This document shows, in pieces, positions 37,899 through 48,353 of a stretch of 64,000 nt of DNA; within the stretch, counting starts at the first letter, position 1, and each line of letters begins with the position of its first letter. The stretch spans positions 148 through 64,147 of the forward strand of contig JBEKFM010000009.1 in NCBI GenBank assembly GCA_050013315.1, written 5' to 3'. A program made the translations under genes and the position numbers. The notes under the pieces were generated by a model, which made no database searches, was not told the origin of the DNA, and saw only the letters and a list, made by a program, of their open reading frames with translations. The DNA comes from Candidatus Bathyarchaeia archaeon (lineage in GTDB: Archaea > Thermoproteota > Bathyarchaeia > Bathyarchaeales > Bathycorpusculaceae).

Positions 37899-38854
37899 TG
37901 TCCTCAAAACCGCTCGTATCAATCATTATTCCTTGTAAAGACGTGGACGGCTACACAAGAGAGTGTATTGAATACTGTAGACGCTTGGATTATCCGAATT
38001 TTGAGATAATACTGTTACCTGATTATTCTACCGATGCGATTGACGGCGTTATTATAATAACCACCGGACCCGTGCCGCCGGGAGTTAAAAGAAATATAGG
38101 TGTTAAAAACTCAAGTGGCGAGTTATGTGCGTTCATCGATAATGACGCTTATCCTCGAAGTGATTGGTTGACCAATTCGGTTAAGTACTTTGAAAATCCT
38201 GAAGTTGGTGGTGTCGGCGGACCTGGATTAACACCTGAAACAGATGGTTTACTGCAGAAAGCTGGGGGATACGTTCTGTCGTCGTTTATGGTTGGCAACT
38301 TATCGAGCAGGTACAAGAAAAAAGGCTGTTTCGAATCGGATGATATACATTCATGCAATTTCATCTCCTCGCAAACAGTAGTTGAAGAAGCTGGCGGATG
38401 GAACGAAAAATACTGGCCTGGCGAAGACACTTTGATGTGTTTGGCGATTATGAAGCTGGGGAAAAAACTGGTGGAGTCGTCTGATGTGGTTGTTTATCAT
38501 CATAGGCGTTCACTCTTTAAACCACATCTTAAACAGGTTTCAAGATTTGGAGAACATAGAGGTTTTTTTGTTAAAAAGTTTCCAGAAAACTCTGCGAAAC
38601 TGACTTATTTCTTTCCCTCTCTTCTTATGGTTTCACTTCTTGTTGGAATAGTACTTTCTCTGTTTTTTTCGTTTTTTGCATATGTTGTGTTGTTTGGTCT
38701 GGCGGTGTATCTAGCTTCAAGTTTAATTGCTTCAACGCTCCAAGTGAGAAACGTGAGGTTGGTGCTTTCAGTTTGGTTAGGGATAATCGTAACTCATTTA
38801 GTCTACGGCTCATTCTTTATATCAGGTCTTGCGAAGCGTGACCTGAAAAGATGA
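37898..38854 (+). CDS. GT2 glycosyltransferase
   Basis: SIIIP, FIDND, GED. Confidence 0.92.
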   Translation: MSSKPLVSIIIPCKDVDGYTRECIEYCRRLDYPNFEIILLPDYSTDAIDGVIIITTGPVPPGVKRNIGVKNSSGELCAFIDNDAYPRSDWLTNSVKYFENPEVGGVGGPGLTPETDGLLQKAGGYVLSSFMVGNLSSRYKKKGCFESDDIHSCNFISSQTVVEEAGGWNEKYWPGEDTLMCLAIMKLGKKLVESSDVVVYHHRRSLFKPHLKQVSRFGEHRGFFVKKFPENSAKLTYFFPSLLMVSLLVGIVLSLFFSFFAYVVLFGLAVYLASSLIASTLQVRNVRLVLSVWLGIIVTHLVYGSFFISGLAKRDLKR

Positions 38855-40320
38855 AAATTAGCATTTCCTATCCCCCAATCATTTCGGAAAAAGGCGTTCC
38901 GCTCCTATCGCAAAATAGGCAATTTCAGTATTTTCAATCGCCCACGTACATTTATCCTATTGTTCCAGCATATGCTGCAACTTTGTTGGCGAACGCGGGT
39001 TACGGGGTGGTTTGGGACGACGGGATTGCAGAGGAGAAAACTTATAGCCTATGGCTAAGCGATTTGGAGCGGAGAAATCCTGATGCTATAATGATTGAGA
39101 CTAAAACTCCAGTGGTAAAGAAGCATTGGTCCATAATTGGTGACGTGAAAAAAGTTCTTCCTAGTTCAAAGGTTGTTTTGGTTGGCGATCATGTAACAGC
39201 GTTACCTCAAGAGTCGATGGAACAGAGCAAAGTTGATTTTGTTCTTACGGGTGGCGACTATGACTTTCTATTGTTGAACTTGGTTGATTTCTTAAATGGT
39301 AAGGCGAAGCGGCTTGAGTCTGGAGTTTGGTATCGAGAAAACGGAAACACAAAGAATACTGGTCAGTTTAAGTTGAACCATAGTTTGGATGATTTACCGC
39401 ATATAAATCGTGACTTGACCAAATGGCGGCTTTATAGCGAACGAAATGGCAACTTTAAGGTTACTCCAGGCGCTTACACTATGGCAGGTCGTGATTGTTG
39501 GTGGAGGAAAGACGGCGGCTGTAGTTTTTGCTCGTGGCCTACTTTGTATCCTACTTTCCGAGCGATGAAGCCTGAAAGATTAGCAGAAGAGATTGGATTG
39601 TTAATTGAAAATTACGGCGTTAAGTCAGTGTTTGACGACACTGGCTGTTTTCCAGCGGGAGAATGGCTAAGGCGCTTCGCTAACCTGATGATGGAACGAG
39701 GATATAGCAAAAAAGTTCAGTTTAGCTGCAATATGCGATTTGGGGCATTAACGCGGGATGATTATCAGTTAATGAAGAAGGCCGGTTTCCGAATGCTTCT
39801 TTTCGGTGTGGAATCTGGAAGCCAAACTACACTTGATCGGCTCAATAAAGGAACAAAAATCAACGATATTATGAACGAGTGCAAAATACCGCGAGAAGAA
39901 GGGCTAGAACCGCACATAACGATTATGGTGGGTTATCCATGGGAAACACGTCAAAATGCATTAAGTACACTAAATGTTGCCAAAACAATGATGCTGAAAG
40001 GTTGGGCTGTAACACTGCAATCTACCGTTGTTATTCCTTATCCAGGAAGTAAATTATATGCTGAAGCATTGAAGAACGGCTGGTTCCGAGTTGACCCTAA
40101 AGATTATGAGCGTTTTGACATGAAAGAACCTGTGATGACCACGCCTGATATGACGCCTGAAGAAGTAATGAAGCTCTGCGACGAAATATACAAAGTATTC
40201 CTAACACCACAATATATGCTCAAGCAGCTAGTCCGAATACGCTCATTAAGAGATGTTAAGTACTCAATTAAGGGCGCGGCAAAAGTATTAGGGCACGTGA
40301 AAGACTTTGCCAAAGATTGA
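38851..40320 (+). CDS. B12-binding radical SAM protein (CX7CX2C)
   Basis: N-terminal cobalamin-binding-like domain, CWWRKDGGCSFC, GVESGSQ, GYPWET, PYPGS. Confidence 0.9.
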   Translation: MKISISYPPIISEKGVPLLSQNRQFQYFQSPTYIYPIVPAYAATLLANAGYGVVWDDGIAEEKTYSLWLSDLERRNPDAIMIETKTPVVKKHWSIIGDVKKVLPSSKVVLVGDHVTALPQESMEQSKVDFVLTGGDYDFLLLNLVDFLNGKAKRLESGVWYRENGNTKNTGQFKLNHSLDDLPHINRDLTKWRLYSERNGNFKVTPGAYTMAGRDCWWRKDGGCSFCSWPTLYPTFRAMKPERLAEEIGLLIENYGVKSVFDDTGCFPAGEWLRRFANLMMERGYSKKVQFSCNMRFGALTRDDYQLMKKAGFRMLLFGVESGSQTTLDRLNKGTKINDIMNECKIPREEGLEPHITIMVGYPWETRQNALSTLNVAKTMMLKGWAVTLQSTVVIPYPGSKLYAEALKNGWFRVDPKDYERFDMKEPVMTTPDMTPEEVMKLCDEIYKVFLTPQYMLKQLVRIRSLRDVKYSIKGAAKVLGHVKDFAKD

Positions 40321-41164
40321 TAATTCAGCAAAAACTCGCTTAGATAGCCTTCCATTGGTTTCTATTGTAACTCCAACGTATAACTCTAGTAGCACAATAG
40401 CGCAATGTATTCAGTCAGCTAAAGCTCAAACGTATAAGAAGATTGAGATTATTGTGGTTGATAACTTTAGTGCAGACAATACAATAATTCTTGCCCAAGG
40501 TCTTGGAGTGAAAGTTCTAAGCCAGGGTCCTGAGAGATCATCGCAAATGAATTATGGAGTTATTTCTGCGGAAGGTGTGTATATTCTTCGCGTTGATTCA
40601 GATATGATTTTAGATAGAGACCTTGTTGAGAAGTGTCTTAAGCTTTGTAATGAGGGCGCCGAGGCGGTTGTAATTCCTGTTCTTCCGCATCCAAATGGGC
40701 CTAAAAACTTCTGGGTTTCTTGTAGAATGCTTGAACAAAAAATGTTGATTGACGATATGGTAAATGTTGCACCCAGATTTATTGACCGAAAATGTTTTTT
40801 GGCAATCGGTGGATATGATGAAACTATAGTTGCCTGGGAGGATTATGACCTTCACAATAGGCTACTTAAATCAGGCTGCAATGTAGTGTCATTAAAGAGT
40901 TCTGCTTTGTGGCATCTTGGTGAGCCTTCTTCCTTAAGCGAAGTTGTAATTAGAATGGTTAAATATGGGAAAACTGGATCATTAGGTTTGTTTACAAGAA
41001 AGCATGGTTTGGCTGGATTTAAACAAATATCAATAATTCGACCTTCTTTTATAAGGCATCGGGACTGCTTTAGGGACGATACTATTCATTTTTTAGGCTT
41101 AATTATTCTTAAAGTAATTCAAAGTTGTTCAGTTGCAATAGGTGCTTTAACTGATAGGATTTAA
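40307..41164 (+). CDS. GT2 glycosyltransferase
   Basis: SIVTPTYN, VDNFS.D, VDSD, GGYDE..WED. Confidence 0.92.
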   Translation: MPKIDNSAKTRLDSLPLVSIVTPTYNSSSTIAQCIQSAKAQTYKKIEIIVVDNFSADNTIILAQGLGVKVLSQGPERSSQMNYGVISAEGVYILRVDSDMILDRDLVEKCLKLCNEGAEAVVIPVLPHPNGPKNFWVSCRMLEQKMLIDDMVNVAPRFIDRKCFLAIGGYDETIVAWEDYDLHNRLLKSGCNVVSLKSSALWHLGEPSSLSEVVIRMVKYGKTGSLGLFTRKHGLAGFKQISIIRPSFIRHRDCFRDDTIHFLGLIILKVIQSCSVAIGALTDRI

Positions 41165-41245
41165 TACCCCTTTATTAGGAATACATCTATTACTTAATGG
41201 CATTCACTAAGATGGGAGAATGCATACACTATAGTCAACAATGAT

Positions 41246-41908
41246 TTGTTCTTTAAAAATTTAGATACGATAATACCTAGGCCGCTTCGTAGTATTCTTT
41301 TCTATAGTGAAATACTGGCAAGTTCGTTCAACGTCGAATCAAATACGCTCATTAATGTGGGTGGTGGCAATAGTAATCTTACTTACTTTACACTAAAGGG
41401 AAAGCGACGTTTTCTTGTCAACACAGACCTATTTCACCCGTACCTTGTCTCTTCAAGAAATAACAAATATAGTGATGATTGTGTGCTATGCGATCTTCGA
41501 TTTTTGCCGATTAAGAATAAAGCTTTTGATGTAAGTATATGTTTACATGTACTTGAACATCTTGAAAAAGAAAAAGGGGCTTGCTTACCCAAAGAATTAG
41601 AAATGATTTCATGCAGGCAAGTAATATTATCGACCCCTGTCGGTTTTAGTGAATTACATGAATATGACGGAAATCCATATCAAAAACATAAATCAAGTTG
41701 GACACCTAAAGAACTAAGAAGCATGGGCTTTAAGGTAAAAGGATCCTGCGGTTTGCGATATATTCGCGGTGAAAGGGCTAGTCCTGTTCTTAGGTCAAAA
41801 CTCATTGGAGAAGCAATTAACTTTCTAGCAACCTATTTGACACAATTCTTTAGTTTAAGAATCCTGATATAGCTTGGGAAATGGTGTGTGTGAAGGATTT
41901 AAAGTGAC
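41246..41908 (+). CDS. Class I SAM methyltransferase, probable frameshift near the C-terminus
   Basis: FDV..CLHVLEHL, H.S.W; an alternative frame gives a typical tail PDIAWEMVCVK ending ~41908. Confidence 0.7.
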
Positions 41909-41929
41909 TGAATTAAGTCTTGGTCAATT

Positions 41930-43003
41930 ATGAGAAATGCAAATAGAGAAAGACCGATGGTTTCAATCATAACTGTAAGTATGAATGGCAAAAAATGGCT
42001 AAAAGGATTGTTCAATTCTATTATTGCTAGCAATTATCCTGAAGACAAGTTGGAGATAATTTTTGTCGATAATGGCTCAACCGATGGCAGTGTTGAAATT
42101 GTTAGGAGTATTTTTGGGGATGATAGCAAAAGGATAACCATAATTAAAAATACCCGTAATTTAGGTTGGTCGCCTGCTAACAATCAGGGCATGAACCTTG
42201 CACAAGGCAAAATAATTGTGTGTATAAGTAATGACATGGTGGTAGATCGTGATTGGATTAAAGAAATTGTTAACATCATGGAAGCAGACGATAATGTCGG
42301 CATGGTTCAATGTAATTCCTTGTCTATGTGGGACAGAGAAACTCCAGATTCAGGCATGAACTATCTGGATAGATTTGGTTACTCCTACAGTTACGCATCG
42401 TCTAAAAAGAATTATGAGGTATTTTTTGCCGAAGGAATGGCGTTTGCTATAAAGAAAGAAGTTATCGACAAAGTGGGTGTATTTGATGACTATTTCTTTA
42501 TGGAATATGATGACATGGATTTGTCTTGGCGTGTTCGTTTATGCGGTTACAAAGTCTTCTTTGTTCCAACTGCCAAAGTGTATCATGCAAGGGGCGGCAC
42601 CGTAGGAGCCACTTACTTTCAAAGAATCAACAATGTTACATGGTATACTCGAAATCATCTTGCCACTTTAATAAAAAACTACGAGCTAAAAACACTTGTA
42701 AAACTTTCGCCAATAATTATGTCCGTTGAGACAATAAAAATCGTTTACTTAGCTACAGTCAAGAAAAATCTAAAACTTTCCTACGCAGCCTTGAAAGGCA
42801 TTCTGCAGGTAACTAGAGACCTTAACATTATTTTACGTAAGAGAGCGGAAATTCAGAGTTTCCGAACGGTTTCTGATAAAGAAATCTTGCAGGTTATGCA
42901 TCCATTTAACCCTTGGCTTCTCCGATTGTTTCTAGTTAAGCAAGCTAAATCAGAGCGTCTCGTGTTGCACAGCACCCCACCCATAAAGTTGAGGAGTAAT
43001 TAA
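41930..43003 (+). CDS. GT2 glycosyltransferase (rhamnosyltransferase-like)
   Basis: VDNGSTDGS, NLG...ANN.G, SND, DDMDLSWR. Confidence 0.92.
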   Translation: MRNANRERPMVSIITVSMNGKKWLKGLFNSIIASNYPEDKLEIIFVDNGSTDGSVEIVRSIFGDDSKRITIIKNTRNLGWSPANNQGMNLAQGKIIVCISNDMVVDRDWIKEIVNIMEADDNVGMVQCNSLSMWDRETPDSGMNYLDRFGYSYSYASSKKNYEVFFAEGMAFAIKKEVIDKVGVFDDYFFMEYDDMDLSWRVRLCGYKVFFVPTAKVYHARGGTVGATYFQRINNVTWYTRNHLATLIKNYELKTLVKLSPIIMSVETIKIVYLATVKKNLKLSYAALKGILQVTRDLNIILRKRAEIQSFRTVSDKEILQVMHPFNPWLLRLFLVKQAKSERLVLHSTPPIKLRSN

Positions 43004-43753
43004 ATGAGAAGAATAAAAGTGGGCGTTATTCCAGCGGCAGGGCATGGCCGCCGTTTAAGCAGTCTACCATTGACACGTGTACTTCCTAAGTCTTTGCTGC
43101 CGATTCTAAACAAGCCGATTTTAGGCTATGTTATAGATAACATGAAGCAAATTGGCGTGGAAGAGCTCTACATGATTGTTGGATTTAAGAAAGAGTTGAT
43201 ACAGGAATACTTTGAGGATGGCAAGGATTTTGGTTTAAAGATCAATTATATTGTTCAGCCAGAACCTCTTGGGATCGCACATGCTGTAGGATTGACCAAA
43301 GGATTGATTTCGGAGCCTTTTGTGGTTATGTTAGGTGATGATTTAACTTTAACAAAATCTCTTGATAACGTAGTTGATTTATACTTTGCAAAAAAGGCCT
43401 TCAGTGTTGAAGGAGTGGTTTGTGAGGAGAACATAGAAAATTTACGGCAAGCATGCTGCTTATCGCTTGATAATGAGGGACGAATTATAAGTGCAGAAGA
43501 GAAGCCGTGTAGCCCTAGCTCAAAAATTCGGGGATGTGGCATTTACCTTTTCGACTCAAAGGTTTTTGAGTTTATCGATAAAACCCCTTTATCACCTCCT
43601 CGCAATGAAAGAGAAATCACTAATACCATTAGATTAATTGCTAAGATCGGTTCTGCCTACGGCGCATTCATAGACGGTGTCAACATTAACGTAAACACAA
43701 ACACAGACCTTCTTAAAGCAACAATGTTACTTCTTGAGAATTCGCAAACATAA
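43004..43753 (+). CDS. Sugar-phosphate nucleotidyltransferase
   Basis: PAAGHGRRL...PK, Q.EPLGIAHA, EEKP. Confidence 0.9.
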   Translation: MRRIKVGVIPAAGHGRRLSSLPLTRVLPKSLLPILNKPILGYVIDNMKQIGVEELYMIVGFKKELIQEYFEDGKDFGLKINYIVQPEPLGIAHAVGLTKGLISEPFVVMLGDDLTLTKSLDNVVDLYFAKKAFSVEGVVCEENIENLRQACCLSLDNEGRIISAEEKPCSPSSKIRGCGIYLFDSKVFEFIDKTPLSPPRNEREITNTIRLIAKIGSAYGAFIDGVNINVNTNTDLLKATMLLLENSQT

Positions 43754-43796
43754 TACTAAAATCGTTAGTACACTCTAAAGAAGTGAGCTTGAAAAT

Positions 43797-44993
43797 TTGA
43801 AAGATCAATATTTCTCTATGTACGTGATGGGCGGATCGCAAACTAGAACCGATAGCTTAGATGGCGGCTCCAGAATTTTTATAGAATGTGCTAGGCGCTG
43901 GCTAAACGATGGGATACAAATATACTTTTACACCTCAGAAGAAGGCTATAGTCTCCTTCGTCGATATCGTTTAACCGGAATAAAATATATTATTGCCCCT
44001 TCTTCGAAATATAAGAGACTTGGTCTTTATGGGCTTTATGCAGTTAGAATGATCAAGCAATGTATTAACGTTCTTAAAACGAAAACTGAGCCTGAAAATT
44101 TTGTGATTTATTCAGGATCCGATTTCTGGCCAGATGCAGTTCCCGCTTTCTTGATGAAAATGCGTTTCAAAAATGCAAAATGGGTGGCTGGGTTCTATCT
44201 TTTTGCATCCAGTCCATTTAGCAGTAACACTCCTTACAGAGGCAAAGCAGCTTTGAAAGGACTTGTTTACTACTTTTCTCAATTGCCTGTGTATGCCTTA
44301 GAGAGAAAATATGCTGATTCTGTTTGGGTAACAAGTGAACCTGACCGCTATAGGTTCATTGGCAATCGCCTCTCGGCTGGTAAGGTTATTGCTGTTCGAG
44401 GTGGGGTTGATATAAAAAGCCCTAGTTTGGTAGCTGAACCGCAAAACAAGATGTTTGACGCTGTTTTTATAGGTCGGTTTCATCCGCAGAAAGGCGTTTT
44501 GGAATTGATTGATATTTGGAAACTGGTTTGCGCTAAGAAGAATGATGCAAAGTTGGCTATGATAGGTGTAGGTGAACTCGAAGATGCAATCAGAAGCAAG
44601 ATGAAAGCAAACGGTTTAGAAAGAAACATTGTTCTCTTTGGGTTTAAGGATGGCATTGAAAAGATCAAGATATTCAAAGACAGCCGTATTGTTGTACATC
44701 CAGCGATTTATGATAGTGGTGGAATGGCTGCATGTGAGGCGATGGCTTGTAGGTTGCCTGGAGTAAGCTTCGACCTTCCTGCTTTGAAGACTTATTACCC
44801 CAAGGGAATGCTTAAAACGCCTTGCTTCAATTTAGAAGTATTTGCAAAGAACATACTTGATTTGCTTAATAATAAGGACCTTTATGAGAAGACCTCAATG
44901 GACGCCTTGGATTGGGCAAAAGAATGGGACTGGGACAAATGTGCTAAAGACTTGTTAATTGAAATGCTCGCAATGTGCCATTATCAAAAGTAG
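43797..44993 (+). CDS. GT4 glycosyltransferase
   Basis: IGRFHPQKG, DSGGMAACEAMACRLP. Confidence 0.9.
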   Translation: MKDQYFSMYVMGGSQTRTDSLDGGSRIFIECARRWLNDGIQIYFYTSEEGYSLLRRYRLTGIKYIIAPSSKYKRLGLYGLYAVRMIKQCINVLKTKTEPENFVIYSGSDFWPDAVPAFLMKMRFKNAKWVAGFYLFASSPFSSNTPYRGKAALKGLVYYFSQLPVYALERKYADSVWVTSEPDRYRFIGNRLSAGKVIAVRGGVDIKSPSLVAEPQNKMFDAVFIGRFHPQKGVLELIDIWKLVCAKKNDAKLAMIGVGELEDAIRSKMKANGLERNIVLFGFKDGIEKIKIFKDSRIVVHPAIYDSGGMAACEAMACRLPGVSFDLPALKTYYPKGMLKTPCFNLEVFAKNILDLLNNKDLYEKTSMDALDWAKEWDWDKCAKDLLIEMLAMCHYQK

Positions 44994-45005
44994 GAGTGAA
45001 AGACA

Positions 45006-45677
45006 ATGATGTGTGATCAACACGTAATCAAGGGGTTCGCGGATTTAGTAAAATCAACCCCGGAAGACTTTCATAATAAGTCGATAATCAAGGTTGGTAG
45101 CAGAGATGTCAACGGAAGCGTTAGATCAATTGTGACCAATTTTGGAAAACCTTCATCCTTTATAGGATGGACATTTCGGATGGTAAAAATGTAGATATGA
45201 AAGTTCCAGCCGAAAAAATAGTTGAAAAGTTTGGAGAAAATGCATTCGATATAGTAAATATCTACAGAACTTCTTGAGCATGTGTTCGATTGGAAAATTG
45301 TCGTATATAATTTAAAAAGAATTGTAAAACCTGGCGGAATTACTATTATTACTACTCGCTTTTATGGAAGCATTTACCACGGAAACCCATTCGATTTTTG
45401 GAGATACGAACCAGGAGATATGAGACGCATATTTGCAGACTTTGTAATTCAATATTTGCGTTATGGTGATGAAAATATTGGAGTGTGGCTCAAGGCTAAA
45501 AAACCTAACGGATGGCAGCCAAGCAATCTCGATTATGCACTCTATTCTATAGCTGTCGGGAAGAAATCTTTGTTTCTAACTAATCTTTTTGGTAAGAACT
45601 CTCTGCGTCGCCCCAGAAAATCACGTTTTCAAAAAAAGGTTATATTATTGCTGCGAAAGTTTGGATTGATTATGTGA
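45006..45677 (+). pseudogene. SAM methyltransferase broken by two frameshifts
   Basis: VGSRDVNGSVR / DISDGKNVD...AFDIV / STELLEHV.DW...KPGG...YH..P.DFWRY in different frames. Confidence 0.8.
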
Positions 45678-46240
45678 CGATTTTTTACTTGAATTCAAAT
45701 ACAAAGGACTTACTAGATTTTTTTTAACATTTGATTTTAATTCTTAATTAAACTGCCCTGGTTAACAGACAACTAGTAAAACTCTAAAGTGCCGGAGTCG
45801 CAGAACAGCTTGCGCTTGATTGTTGCAGTCCCTGCTAAACGCCTTTAGACCTAACACATGCCCTGTGGCACTTATGTTTACTGAAGATGAGTCATAGATA
45901 AAGTCATTATCGCTTACTTGATACTGTTGAGTTACTTACATGAGATTTTCGCTTAGCGGTTTCGCAATTGATTCATGAAATTATGTATTCAAGTGGGTTA
46001 TCCGTAGCAGATGATCCACCTTCAAAGTAGCTCTCTCTACTTTCAAAAATATTATTAATCATGAAATATATATCAACTCAACCTCACAAACGCCAATCAA
46101 ATTATTCCACTGAAAATGCTTACGTCGAAGGTAGGTAGTGACGTAATATCGTTCGAATAATTTACACAAAATTAATAGCCCACAAATTTTAGATTATCAT
46201 CCTCGTTTACCCATATATTGCGTACGAGGTTAGACATCAT

Positions 46241-47272
46241 ATGCCTAATTTAGAGTGTCCATTGCTTTCAATAGTTATTTTGAATTACAACGGTAAGCGG
46301 TTTCTCGATAGCTGTCTAACTTCAATTTTTAAACAAAATTTTTCCAATTTTCAAGTCGTCTTCGTTGATAATGCCTCAACTGATGAGAGCGTAACCTTTG
46401 TCAAAAAACACTATGCTTACGACCCTCGTCTTAAAATTGTTGAAAACAAGAGAAACTCTGGACCTATAGAAGGTAATAACATTGGTATTCGGCTTGTAAA
46501 TTTGCAGACAAAATATGTTGTTCTCCTAAATAATGATACTGAATTGACCCAGAACTGGTTATCTTGTATGATTAATGCAATGGAGCAAGACCCTAAAATT
46601 GGTGCTGCTTGTTCCAAACAGTTGTTGATGAATGACAGGGCAAGACTCCAAGGGTTTGGTTCATTCATAGATCCCTGTGGTTTTAATTATCTACTTTGGG
46701 AGAATGAAATTGATCGCAACCAATTTAACAATGATACGTTCGAAGTCTTTGCTGGTGGAACAACCGCACTGTTTGTTAGAGCTAGTCTCCTTAGGCAAGT
46801 AGGGCTACTTGATTCAAATTATAATCATGGATTTGATGATGTTGATTTGTGTTGGAGAATATGGCTAAGTGGATACAAAGTCGTGTGCGTATCTAGTTGT
46901 GCCATGTATCACAAGGTTGCAGGTACCACAAGCAAAGTTAAAATGGAACATGTTCTTTTTCATAGAGAGAAAAATAGGATTATGACGACAATTAAGAATT
47001 ATAGTCTTCCCTATCTGTTAAGATTCTTACCTCTTATTTTGGTGTTTGATTTCACACAGCTTATATGGTTCGCCTTCAAACGAAGGTCGAATATGTTTAA
47101 GGCAATAGTAAGAGCACTATTTTGGGATATACAACACTTTAAATATATATGGAGCCAGCACTTGATTGTTCAAAGGCAAATTCGTAAGTCTTCTGATAAA
47201 GAAATTATTTCGCATATGGTTAAAATTAATTTAAGACAACTTTGGCAACGAATAATACCGTTATCTATTTGA
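46241..47272 (+). CDS. GT2 glycosyltransferase
   Basis: ILNYNG, VDNASTD, LLNNDT, DDVDLCWR. Confidence 0.92.
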   Translation: MPNLECPLLSIVILNYNGKRFLDSCLTSIFKQNFSNFQVVFVDNASTDESVTFVKKHYAYDPRLKIVENKRNSGPIEGNNIGIRLVNLQTKYVVLLNNDTELTQNWLSCMINAMEQDPKIGAACSKQLLMNDRARLQGFGSFIDPCGFNYLLWENEIDRNQFNNDTFEVFAGGTTALFVRASLLRQVGLLDSNYNHGFDDVDLCWRIWLSGYKVVCVSSCAMYHKVAGTTSKVKMEHVLFHREKNRIMTTIKNYSLPYLLRFLPLILVFDFTQLIWFAFKRRSNMFKAIVRALFWDIQHFKYIWSQHLIVQRQIRKSSDKEIISHMVKINLRQLWQRIIPLSI

Positions 47273-47527
47273 TTACCATTCGACTCTTTAAGTGCTAAAG
47301 TAATGTCTAGTTGAGAAAAGTAAAGTTTTAAATTATTTTCCCAATATAGTTTGAAAATTGTTCGTTTTACTAACGAAAAGACTTTTAGACAAAACCTTGA
47401 TCAAAGCGGTTGCAAAAGGTATCTAAAATGTCAGGCTAAATTGTCGCGAAATCTTGGATAATGAAAATACACTTAAGTGTCATTTTAGCTAAGAGCTAAA
47501 TAAACTATTAAGGAAACAATTAAAAAC

Positions 47528-48349
47528 ATGTCTGTATGGAAGGAAAAAAGAAAACAACAAACTGTATTCGATGAAGCAGCTTTTCATTATGGTGAAGGTC
47601 TATTTGTTACATCGCAAGAAGATTCTAATTTCTTTGTGAGAAAGGTTGCTGAGTACGTTAAAAAGATCCATCAAGGTGGTATAATAATTGACATAGGTTG
47701 CGGAACAGGGACCTTGTTCAGAGAAATTAACTCTTATGTTCAGCTGGATGGATATTATCTAATTGGAGTTGATATTTCAGTTAATAGCGCAAAGATCGCT
47801 AAAGAGAAAAGTGAAAATGGTGATTTTATTGTCTGCGATATTGAAGCTCTGCCATTTAGGGAAAGAATCTCAGACATGATCGTAGTGAGAAATGTTCTTC
47901 ATCATCTATCTACTCTTATACCAATTCATAATTTCCTTAATGTTTTATGTTATAATGGATTCATTCTTCTGGACGACAAAATAAACAATCCAATTCAAGA
48001 AATTTTGACTTACTTATTTCCCATGATGCCTAACTGGTTTAAATTAAGCTTCAGGGAAATTGATAGTCATGTAGATAGGAATGGTAATTTGCCACCAATT
48101 AAGCGATACAATGCCAAGGCATACCTGAATTTCTTGAAAAAATATTCAAATAACTTCTTGTTGTTAGAAATGCAATATCATGGTTCCTTTACCTTTGTTG
48201 ATGTTCTGTCTTACTTGCCCTATTTATTCAGGCCACTAAGGAGCACTAATTTTGCGTCGAAGCTCAGGTTGCTAAGTCACCGTTGGAAGTTTGTTTGGTC
48301 AGCGATTAGCATAACGATGGTTCTGAGAAGCTCAAGATCCTCTATGTGA
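47528..48349 (+). CDS. Class I SAM methyltransferase
   Basis: IDIGCGTG, GVDIS, LPF, VLHHL. Confidence 0.9.
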   Translation: MSVWKEKRKQQTVFDEAAFHYGEGLFVTSQEDSNFFVRKVAEYVKKIHQGGIIIDIGCGTGTLFREINSYVQLDGYYLIGVDISVNSAKIAKEKSENGDFIVCDIEALPFRERISDMIVVRNVLHHLSTLIPIHNFLNVLCYNGFILLDDKINNPIQEILTYLFPMMPNWFKLSFREIDSHVDRNGNLPPIKRYNAKAYLNFLKKYSNNFLLLEMQYHGSFTFVDVLSYLPYLFRPLRSTNFASKLRLLSHRWKFVWSAISITMVLRSSRSSM

Positions 48350-48353
48350 TAAT

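Noticed and set aside
45700-46240. Possible ncRNA or IS remnant in a long intergenic gap
   Set aside because: No repeats, stems or recognisable coding remnant that I could support
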